From NCBI RefSeq assembly GCF_965641715.1, contig NZ_OZ282453.1: DNA of 64,000 nucleotides; one strand, given 5' to 3'. Numbering within the stretch: position 1 is the stretch's first letter; every line of letters begins with the position of its first letter. Below are positions 1-11,257 of the stretch, piece after piece. A program made the translations under genes and the position numbers. The DNA is from Escherichia coli. GTDB taxonomy: Bacteria > Pseudomonadota > Gammaproteobacteria > Enterobacterales > Enterobacteriaceae. Below the pieces are notes generated by a model. The model ran no database searches, was not told where the DNA came from, and saw only the letters and a program-made list of their open reading frames with translations.

Positions 1-42
1 AAGTGATTGGGCAGAGCCGAAACGTTTACAATCCGATAGGAG

Positions 43-1677
43 TTGGTTTTGTCGCTACATGATAAATTATTAATGCATAACTTCGCATTAGCCAATAAAA
101 AAAGCCCTGACTTCATATCTGAACTTCCTCAAATTGAACCTAAACCATACAGCAATGGACATAAAATTAAATGGATAAACCACACACTTACTAGCACTGA
201 AGTTACTCCGCCTGATAACCTGATTAAAATATGCATATTGATTGAGTCAGGGGAAATTGCTATAACATCAGTAAGTGATATTGCCAATTTACTTGGAGTT
301 CCTGCTGGCCAATTACTTTATATACTATATCGTAAAAAAGATAATTATCGTACTTTTGAAATAGAAAAGAAGAATGGTAAAAAAAGAGTCATTAATGCTC
401 CTTGTGGCGGTCTATCGATACTCCAAACGAGACTAAAGCCCGTTCTTGAATATTTCTACAGGCCAAAGAAATCTGCTCATGGTTTTATAAAAGGAAAGAG
501 CATCATTACTAATGCTGGGATGCATATTAAAAAAAAATTTGTCGTAAACATTGACCTAGAAAACTATTTCGAATCAATAAGTTTTGCTAGGGTTTATGGA
601 ATATTTAAAAGTAAACCTTTTAATTTTTCTCATCCAGCAGCTACTGTTTTAGCTCAGTTATGTACTCACAATGGAAAATTACCTCAAGGTGCGTGTACAT
701 CGCCAATATTAGCAAATATTGCATCAGCTTCTCTAGACAAACAGCTCACCCAATTTGCAGGAAGAAAAAAAATATCTTATTCTAGGTATGCTGACGACAT
801 AACTTTTTCTTTCAATCAGAGAAATATTGATATAATCAAAAAAAACGACGACGGAAGTTATAGTCTTAGTGAAACTATAGACAATATTATTTCAAAAAAT
901 GGCTTTAAAATAAATTATGATAAATTTAGAGTTCAAACCAGAAATACAAGACAAAGTGTTACTGGCTTAGTGGTTAATGATAAAGTTAACATTAACAGAA
1001 GATATATAAGAATTACACGTTCAATGATTCATAGATGGACAGATGATAAGCTAAAGTATGCACTTCTCTTTGCTACAGAAAAAGGATATCAGGCAAAGGA
1101 TAATAACCACGCAATTCAAATTTTCCGAAATCATATTTATGGAAGACTTAGCTTTATAAAAATGGTTAGAGGGAAAGACTATCCAGGATATTTAAAACTG
1201 ATGTCATACATGAGTCATAACGATCCATTAAAAACCCAAGAAGGATTGCGAGCAATGAAAGAAACAGAAAACTTTGATGTTTTTATATGCCATGCAAGCG
1301 AAGACAAAAAAGACATTGCAATTCCAATATATGACGAGTTAACTAAACTTAAAATTTCAGCCTTCATAGATCATGTTGAGATAAAATGGGGCGACTCCTT
1401 AATTGAGAAAATAAATGCAGCACTAGTTAAATCAAAATATGTCATCGCTATTTTATCTGCTAATTCAGTCAATAAGGAATGGCCTCAAAAAGAATTAAGA
1501 GCAGTTTTAGCCAGCGAAATATCGAGTGGCGACGTAAAACTTTTGACCCTATTAAAAAAAGAAGACAAGGAGGTCGTAAACCTATCATTACCTTTACTTA
1601 GTGATAAGTTTTATATGGTCTATGATAATAATCCTGAAGTAGTCGCCAACAATATTAAATCACTCTTACAACGATAA
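43..1677 (+). CDS. Reverse transcriptase fused to C-terminal TIR domain (retron/defence-type RT); start ambiguous (TTG 43, TTG 49 after AGGAG, or ATG 73)
   Basis: RT motifs in translation: FVVNIDLENYF, LPQGACTSPILANI, SRYADDITFS (YADD); C-terminal FDVFICHASEDKKDIAIPIYDEL...ILSANSVNKEWPQKEL resembles TIR; in-frame stop at 37-39 limits the 5' extension. Confidence 0.85.
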   Translation: MVLSLHDKLLMHNFALANKKSPDFISELPQIEPKPYSNGHKIKWINHTLTSTEVTPPDNLIKICILIESGEIAITSVSDIANLLGVPAGQLLYILYRKKDNYRTFEIEKKNGKKRVINAPCGGLSILQTRLKPVLEYFYRPKKSAHGFIKGKSIITNAGMHIKKKFVVNIDLENYFESISFARVYGIFKSKPFNFSHPAATVLAQLCTHNGKLPQGACTSPILANIASASLDKQLTQFAGRKKISYSRYADDITFSFNQRNIDIIKKNDDGSYSLSETIDNIISKNGFKINYDKFRVQTRNTRQSVTGLVVNDKVNINRRYIRITRSMIHRWTDDKLKYALLFATEKGYQAKDNNHAIQIFRNHIYGRLSFIKMVRGKDYPGYLKLMSYMSHNDPLKTQEGLRAMKETENFDVFICHASEDKKDIAIPIYDELTKLKISAFIDHVEIKWGDSLIEKINAALVKSKYVIAILSANSVNKEWPQKELRAVLASEISSGDVKLLTLLKKEDKEVVNLSLPLLSDKFYMVYDNNPEVVANNIKSLLQR

Positions 1678-2121
1678 TTCTCTCACAAAAGCAAATGTGC
1701 AGATTGATGCGTATTAAGTATTAACCTGCACATACAAAAAATTAATAAAATAATATATTTTTCATAACCTGCAGGTAACAATAATATGTGTCGTAACGAA
1801 TAGTTGGATAACCTCTATACCCTATTAACCAACCAATTAACTCTATGTAATCTCGCAGCCTCAAAACCCGACTATTGTTCTCTTAACAGTCAGTTCACGT
1901 TCCATTTCGGCCTGAGCCCCATAACATGGAAGAAAAAACGCCCCCAGTCAGTCCAGCTTTCAGACAATCAGTGTGTCACCTGCCGATAATATTCTGAGTA
2001 GTTTTTTCAGCCCAGGCCTTTCGGACTTTGTACCACTGATTTTATCTTCAAAATCAGCGCGCATTCTTCGTAGTCCAGCAAACTCTTGTATATGACGTTA
2101 TTATGGCTACAGCAGTAACGA

Positions 2122-2208
2122 TTATTCCATAACAGGTACTGTAGGCCACTCAATATCCGGTGCTACTGATGTATCAACACGGTTCAGCAACACCCGATAC
2201 TTTTTCCA
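2122..2208 (-). pseudogene. tfa: Tail fibre assembly protein (tfa) C-terminal remnant, about 28 codons
   Basis: Minus-strand translation [28 protein letters not shown] matches the recalled lambda Tfa C-terminus; frame is closed by a stop immediately upstream. Confidence 0.6.
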
Positions 2209-2326
2209 GGTTGTTACCAGACTCACATTCGTTCATTAATATGTCCTGTGATTTGCGTGCGGTGAGGTAGCCTTTTCCCAACCTCACCATCATCCGGCAA
2301 TTTGTATTTATCACAAACGGCCTGTA

Positions 2327-4729
2327 TCAGTTGTCTGTTGCACCAACCATACCCGCAAATTTGAGCCATTGTCCTGATGGACTTCTGTTACCGCGGTAGT
2401 GATAAACAAGGATTGCATTTGTTACTCCACCATAGTCAGCTTTATGTGATGTGGTTAAGCGAATTGTATAATCACCATCGGGCAGGTTAAAAACTTCAAT
2501 TACAGTCCCTGCTAATTCAACCGCTCCAAACCCCGTTATATTGTTGATGCTGCCCGCATTGAATCCCATCATATCGCCAAAACCAATCCAGTACTTTTTG
2601 CTGAACGCACCATTTGACCTCAGGTGGTTAATAAATGTGGACATACTCATGCCCATTTCGCCGCCAGTTATGGCTGATGTACGTACCGAAATACTTGGCA
2701 GAGCACTACTCTTCACATAAGAGCTCAGAAGATTTATGACTTCTGTTTTCGTATAAGCATTAACGTTAGCCGCAGTCAACGTTATATCCGCAGTGCCATC
2801 AAACTTCACACCAGCAATTTCCCTTGCAGTCTGCAATTTCGTGGCACTGGCTGCGTTACCCGTTGTATCCTGATTGCCTGCCGCATTCACCCCCGGGATC
2901 AAATCTTTTACTGTATAAATCTGCGCCCAGTCCGACTCAAACCCATACTCATCCCGTGAGGAACGATAAAACAGCCCACCATTTTTATAATTGGCCCTGA
3001 TTTGCAACGTCCGGCAACTTCCACCCCCTGTATAGAAGTTTGCAACAATATAGCTGCTGCCTGTCCGGGTGACATTGTATGCACCAGATTTGGCATTCCA
3101 CGGAACGCCTCCCTCTGACTCTGCGTGCACACCGGACGATCCAAGAGCAAAAGCAGAGACATCTGCAGCGGACAGCCTGATGTCTGATTTCAATGCCTTA
3201 CCATTCACCTTACGACCAGATGGAACCCGGTCATTTGCATTATCATTCACCGCTTTCACCGCCATTGGTGTTGCCGCCAGCGATTCACTGTCACTGTCCG
3301 TGGCACTGCTGAGCTGTACCACCCCCTTTCTCGTCGTGCTCGCATCCTCTAGCGCCACGGCAGATGCAATATCCTCTGCCCGTTTTGCTGCTGTCTCGGC
3401 ACGCGTTGCTGCAGATTCCGACGTACTTTTGCTCTGAGCTGCCGCTGTCGCACTACCAGCTGCCTCTGTCGCCTTCGTGGATGCCGTCGTGGCACTGACC
3501 TTCGCCTCTGACGCCTGTCTTACCGCCTCATCTTTTGAAGCAGACGCCGATGATGCTGATGACGCCGCCGAACTGGCGGACGATGCGGCTGCCGTTTCTG
3601 AGGCTCCTGCGCGGGTTTCCGACGCTTTCGCATTCGTCTCAGATGTCTTCGCTGCGGAAGCAGAACTCGCAGCTGCAGTGGCCTGTTCAGTGGCTTCGCC
3701 AGCCTTCGTTGTGGCTGTTGAAGCGGACGATGCAGCGCTTTCTGCCGATTTTCCGGCGGCAGCGGCACTGGCTACAGCCTCCCCTGCCTTCACTGATGCC
3801 TCACGGGCCGATGATGCAGCCGCGGTTTCTGAGCCTGCCGCAGCTGAGGCACTCTGTCCCGCTGCCGTTTCAGAAGACCTGGCGTTCGTCTCGGACGTTT
3901 TTGCCGCTTTCGCGGAATTGCCTGCCGCTGTTGCCGAGGAAGCTGCGCTACTGGCGCTCGAGGATGCGTTCGTTTCTGATGATTTTGCCGCCTCTTTTGA
4001 AGCCGCCGCATCCCGGGCTGAGGTGGCAGCTTCTGACGCTTTCGTAGTCGCGGTGGATGCAGAAGTGGCTGCTGATTGTTGTGACGCTGCCGCATTCGTT
4101 TCTGACGTTTTCGCGGCACTGGCACTGGTAGCTGCCGCGCTTTTTGAGGACTCTGCAGCGGCAGCACTTTTTGATGCTTCAGTGGCCTTTGTTGATGCCG
4201 TTCCTGCGCTGGAAGTCGCTGACTGAGCCGACGACGCGGCCTGTCCGGCTGACGTGCTGGCTGCGCGTGCTGAGCCTGCAGCATCAGTCGCATGGGTTGC
4301 CGCCTCACGGGCTGATGTGCTGGCATCACTGGCTGACTTCTTCGCGGCTGCCGTGTTCTGTGCCACCACGGACGCGTTACGCGCCACCTCTTCCACCATC
4401 AGCTCAAAACGGCGCAGTGCCTCCGGACGGGCATCATCCTCCGTCATGGCACCGAGAAAATCATTCAGCGTACCGGGTCGGGAATCTTCATACACTGTGA
4501 TGGTCCCGGCATGTGACGGCGGGAATCCTTCCACCAACAGAATAACGCTGTACTGACCGTACTCAACGTCCATGCTGTAACGCCCGGCTTCATCCGGATT
4601 TTCTGAGGCCAGCGTGTTCACCACCACCGTGGTACTGTTACGTTTTGCTTTCAGCTGGATTGTGCAGTTCTGTACCGGTTTTCCTGTGCCGTCTTTCAGT
4701 ACACCTGAAATCTTTACTGCCATATTCAC
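2327..4729 (-). CDS. stf: Side tail fibre protein Stf
   Basis: N-terminus MAVKISGVLKDGTGKPVQNCTIQLKA... lambda Stf-like; long Ala/Ser/Thr-rich repetitive shaft; follows lom and J. Confidence 0.9.
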   Translation of the reverse strand: MNMAVKISGVLKDGTGKPVQNCTIQLKAKRNSTTVVVNTLASENPDEAGRYSMDVEYGQYSVILLVEGFPPSHAGTITVYEDSRPGTLNDFLGAMTEDDARPEALRRFELMVEEVARNASVVAQNTAAAKKSASDASTSAREAATHATDAAGSARAASTSAGQAASSAQSATSSAGTASTKATEASKSAAAAESSKSAAATSASAAKTSETNAAASQQSAATSASTATTKASEAATSARDAAASKEAAKSSETNASSSASSAASSATAAGNSAKAAKTSETNARSSETAAGQSASAAAGSETAAASSAREASVKAGEAVASAAAAGKSAESAASSASTATTKAGEATEQATAAASSASAAKTSETNAKASETRAGASETAAASSASSAASSASSASASKDEAVRQASEAKVSATTASTKATEAAGSATAAAQSKSTSESAATRAETAAKRAEDIASAVALEDASTTRKGVVQLSSATDSDSESLAATPMAVKAVNDNANDRVPSGRKVNGKALKSDIRLSAADVSAFALGSSGVHAESEGGVPWNAKSGAYNVTRTGSSYIVANFYTGGGSCRTLQIRANYKNGGLFYRSSRDEYGFESDWAQIYTVKDLIPGVNAAGNQDTTGNAASATKLQTAREIAGVKFDGTADITLTAANVNAYTKTEVINLLSSYVKSSALPSISVRTSAITGGEMGMSMSTFINHLRSNGAFSKKYWIGFGDMMGFNAGSINNITGFGAVELAGTVIEVFNLPDGDYTIRLTTSHKADYGGVTNAILVYHYRGNRSPSGQWLKFAGMVGATDN

Positions 4730-4735
4730 CCCACA

Positions 4736-4764
4736 AAAAAGCCCGCCTGAACCGGCGGGCTGTC
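4736..4764 (-). terminator. Rho-independent terminator downstream of lom
   Basis: Minus strand GCCCGCCGGTTCAGGCGGGC hairpin followed by TTTTTT. Confidence 0.6.
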
Positions 4765-4787
4765 ATAACACTGTGTTACCTGGCTAA

Positions 4788-5387
4788 TCAGAATTTATAA
4801 CCAACACCCACGATGAACCCGTCAGTGCGCCAGTCACCACTGCCGGAGCCTTCATAAGCGACATCAATGGCCACGGATTCGGTCGGGTTAAACTGCACGC
4901 CAGCTCCCCACGCCAGAGACGTGTTGCTGTGGCGACCGTCATCACTTCCGGTCAGCACATCGTGCTTTTTCCCCTTGTTGTCAGTTACGCGGAGATAATC
5001 CCCGGAGAAAGTCGACACACGGCTGTAAGCCACACCCGCCATCGCATACGCGCTGAACCATTCATTCACGCGCACAGACGGCCCCGCCATTACGCTGAAC
5101 CAGCGGTTACGAACGGAATCTTCATGCCAGCGGGTATCGCTGTAACGGGTAATCTGGCGATTCTTGTCTCCTGCATAGCTGAACGACGTCACCATCCCCA
5201 GTGTGTCCGTAAACTCATAACGGTATTTCACGTTAATCCCGTTCAGATCATCACTGCCGGGAACGTTCGTCCGGGCATGAAGATACCCCGCGCTCAGCGT
5301 GGACTGATGTTCAGACGCCCATGCAGGCGCACCGGATACGGCCAGACAAATGGCTGCGGACAAAATGGCGGCATAAAGTTTACGCAT
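4788..5387 (-). CDS. lom: Outer membrane protein Lom (Ail/Lom family)
   Basis: Signal peptide [24 protein letters not shown], beta-barrel-like sequence ending GYKF; position after J. Confidence 0.9.
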   Translation of the reverse strand: MRKLYAAILSAAICLAVSGAPAWASEHQSTLSAGYLHARTNVPGSDDLNGINVKYRYEFTDTLGMVTSFSYAGDKNRQITRYSDTRWHEDSVRNRWFSVMAGPSVRVNEWFSAYAMAGVAYSRVSTFSGDYLRVTDNKGKKHDVLTGSDDGRHSNTSLAWGAGVQFNPTESVAIDVAYEGSGSGDWRTDGFIVGVGYKF

Positions 5388-5409
5388 AATTACCTCTCGC
5401 TTTTCTGCA

Positions 5410-5436
5410 ATAAAAAAGGCGTCATTTCTGACGCCC
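5410..5436 (-). terminator. Rho-independent terminator downstream of J
   Basis: Minus strand GGCGTCAGAAATGACGCC hairpin followed by TTTTTTATT, then the RBS of lom. Confidence 0.55.
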
Positions 5437-5453
5437 GTTCTGGGTTATAAAAT

Positions 5454-8855
<3,402 letters not shown>

Positions 8856-8912
8856 TCATGCTCCATAAACGATAAAACCGCCCGGAGGCGGTTTCACATA
8901 AAACATTTTGCA

Positions 8913-9584
8913 TCAGCGACCAATCACCACAACCTGACCACCATCCCCTTCGTCTGCCGTGCTGATCTCCTGAGAAACCACGCGTGACCCCACGCGCATT
9001 TCACCGTACAGAACCGGCAGAACATTGCCCTGGGCAACCATGTTATCCAGTGAGGAGAAATAGGTGTTCTGTTTGCCGTTATCCGTTGTCTGTGTACGGG
9101 GAGTTCTGGCTTTCGGTGCCAGCATCTGCGCCACACCACCGAGCACCATACTGGCACCGAGAGAAAACAGGATGCCGGTCATACCACCGGCCCCAATGGC
9201 TGCCCCCCATGCTGCAAGGGTGGCTCCGGCGGTAAAGAATGATCCGGCAATGGCGGCAGCCCCCAGGACAATCTGGAATACGCCACCTGACTTGGCCCCG
9301 GCGACTCTGGGAACAATATGAATCACAGCGCCATCAGGCAGAGTCTCATGTAACTGCGCCGTTAACCCGGACGTGCTGACGTCCCGCCCGGCAATCCGTA
9401 CCTGATACCAGCCGTCGCTCAGTTTCTGACGAAACGCCGGGAGCTGTGTGGCCAGTGCGCGGATGGCTTCAGCCCCCGTTTTCACACGAAGGTCGATGCG
9501 GCGGCCAAATCGTTGCAAATCCCCGTAAAGGCAGATGCGCGCCATGCCCGGTGACGCCAGAGGGAGTGTGTGCGTCGCTGCCAT
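8913..9584 (-). CDS. I: Tail assembly protein I
   Basis: 223 aa, lambda gpI-like; overlaps the K stop. Confidence 0.9.
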   Translation of the reverse strand: MAATHTLPLASPGMARICLYGDLQRFGRRIDLRVKTGAEAIRALATQLPAFRQKLSDGWYQVRIAGRDVSTSGLTAQLHETLPDGAVIHIVPRVAGAKSGGVFQIVLGAAAIAGSFFTAGATLAAWGAAIGAGGMTGILFSLGASMVLGGVAQMLAPKARTPRTQTTDNGKQNTYFSSLDNMVAQGNVLPVLYGEMRVGSRVVSQEISTADEGDGGQVVVIGR

Positions 9585-10225
9585 TTGTCGGTATACCTCT
9601 CTCGTTTGCTCAGTTGTTCAGGAATATGGTGCAGCAGCTCGCCATCACCACAGTAAATGGCGGCATGATTCGGCACCGATGAACCAAAACAGCACAGCAG
9701 CACATCGCCCGGTTGTGCTGATGACAACGGCACCTGATACAGCCCTGTGGCCTCCAGATTATCCAGATAGAGATTCTGACCGTGACGCCACCAGTCATCC
9801 TCGCGATGAAAATCCGGCATCTCAATCCCCGCCAGATGATAAGCATCCCGGAACAGCGTGTAACAGTCCGTCACCCCGTGCTCAAAGCGCCGCCCAGTGA
9901 GATGCGGCACACAGCGGAACTTATGAATCGTCCCCCGGCAGACCAGCCACCACGGCAAATCACTCTGCACCTGCAGCCGCCGGTCGGCCTCACTCAGCCA
10001 GGGCAGACCACCGGGGTGGCTGTGGACCTGCGCCACAATCTCACCCTGCATTTCTGCCTGCAGCCAGTCCTCCGGAGCCATCCGGAAATAATCCTCCGGC
10101 TCACCGGAAATATTCACGCAGGGAAAATATCTTTCCCCCTCCGGCGTTCTCACCACGAAGCCGCACGACTCCGCTGGCGCACATCGCCGGGCGTGCGCCA
10201 GAATCGCTGATTCTGTCTCTGTCAT
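9482..10225 (-). CDS. K: Tail assembly protein K (JAB/MPN + NlpC/P60); start at internal Met MTETES
   Basis: Translation MTETESAILAHARRCAPAESCGFVV...HSHPGG matches lambda gpK. Confidence 0.9.
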   Translation of the reverse strand: MTETESAILAHARRCAPAESCGFVVRTPEGERYFPCVNISGEPEDYFRMAPEDWLQAEMQGEIVAQVHSHPGGLPWLSEADRRLQVQSDLPWWLVCRGTIHKFRCVPHLTGRRFEHGVTDCYTLFRDAYHLAGIEMPDFHREDDWWRHGQNLYLDNLEATGLYQVPLSSAQPGDVLLCCFGSSVPNHAAIYCGDGELLHHIPEQLSKRERYTDKWQRRTHSLWRHRAWRASAFTGICNDLAAASTFV

Positions 10226-10229
10226 GGGA

Positions 10230-10928
10230 TTACTGCGAAAGTTTGTTAATGGAAAGGAAGCCGCCAAAGTTGCCGACGTTATTGCGGAACTTACAGCCAC
10301 TCAGGCATTTGCTGCATTTATCCTTCGTGATATCGGACGTCGGCTGGTCATATTCATCCGCGACAGCCGGACCGCTATAACCGCACTCGTCACCGCGATA
10401 GGTCCAGGTGCAGGTGTTGGCCAGCATGATACGTCCCGGAAAAACAGCGCCATCCGTTTCCGTCGGCGTGGACAGTACAAAGGAGGCACTCACCGCGCTC
10501 AGTTCGCTGCACTGCTCGATGCGCCAGCGGCTGATCACCTCCTGCTCCGGATCGGCGTCACTGTTTCCGTTGACGAAGTTCACCGCATCCAGAAAACGGG
10601 CGTAAACCTTACGCCGGACCACCGTTCCGCCGACCAGACTCTGCAGATCTTCCGCCATCCCGGTGACCATACCGTACAGGTTAGAAACCGTCAGCGTGGG
10701 GCGCGTACTGGTGCCTTTGCCATTCAGTTCAAAACCGCTCCCCTGAATGGGATACGGCTGATACTGTCGCCCCTGCCAGGTGACCGGCTCACCTTTTTCG
10801 TTCTGCTCATTACAGAAAAAATAACGTTCTCCACCGACCTCTGTCAGGTCGATTTCCCAGAGCACCACGCTGGCCGACTGCTCCGCACGGGTGCATTCAT
10901 TCAGTGTTTCCTGCCGGATATCCTGCAT
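10230..10928 (-). CDS. L: Minor tail protein L
   Basis: 232 aa, lambda gpL-like, with a C-terminal Cys cluster. Confidence 0.9.
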   Translation of the reverse strand: MQDIRQETLNECTRAEQSASVVLWEIDLTEVGGERYFFCNEQNEKGEPVTWQGRQYQPYPIQGSGFELNGKGTSTRPTLTVSNLYGMVTGMAEDLQSLVGGTVVRRKVYARFLDAVNFVNGNSDADPEQEVISRWRIEQCSELSAVSASFVLSTPTETDGAVFPGRIMLANTCTWTYRGDECGYSGPAVADEYDQPTSDITKDKCSKCLSGCKFRNNVGNFGGFLSINKLSQ

Positions 10929-11257
10929 CAGTTCACCACCTGTTCAAACTCTGCGCTGAACTCAACACGCAGCATACTGACCCGCGACGACCATTTTGCG
11001 CAGGTCACCTTTATCTGCCGCCACTCATAAGGCGGCGTCCACAGAAAGGATTTCCAGCCCCCGTGCTCTTCCAGAAACGACTCCAGTACCGTGGCCTCCT
11101 CACGGGGGACAGAAAGCGTCACGCTGTACGTTTTCAGGTTGGCATTCAGCCCGGCAGGCGCTCGCTGGGAATAGCCATCACCAAAGCGCACCTTTCTTAC
11201 AGAAGGGGCCGAAGCCACATCCATACCGGGTTTCACTTTCCAGCGGAAGGTTTTCAT
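10928..11257 (-). CDS. M: Minor tail protein M
   Basis: 109 aa starting MKTFRWKVKPGMDV, lambda gpM-like. Confidence 0.9.
   Translation of the reverse strand: MKTFRWKVKPGMDVASAPSVRKVRFGDGYSQRAPAGLNANLKTYSVTLSVPREEATVLESFLEEHGGWKSFLWTPPYEWRQIKVTCAKWSSRVSMLRVEFSAEFEQVVN

Noticed and set aside
43-2326. Diversity-generating retroelement (RT next to tail fibre C-terminus)
   Set aside because: RT motif is the retron/Abi-type QGxxxSP rather than the DGR type, the RT is fused to TIR, and no template/variable repeat pair matching the stf 3' end was visible by eye
3069-4556. Multiple long ORFs in alternative frames and antisense inside stf (for example 3477..4226 +, 3535..4047 +, 3790..4329 -)
   Set aside because: They are artefacts of the GC-rich, repetitive Ala/Ser/Thr-coding shaft region of the tail fibre gene; translations are low-complexity (poly-Ala, Arg/Pro/Gln-rich) and fully contained in a well-supported CDS
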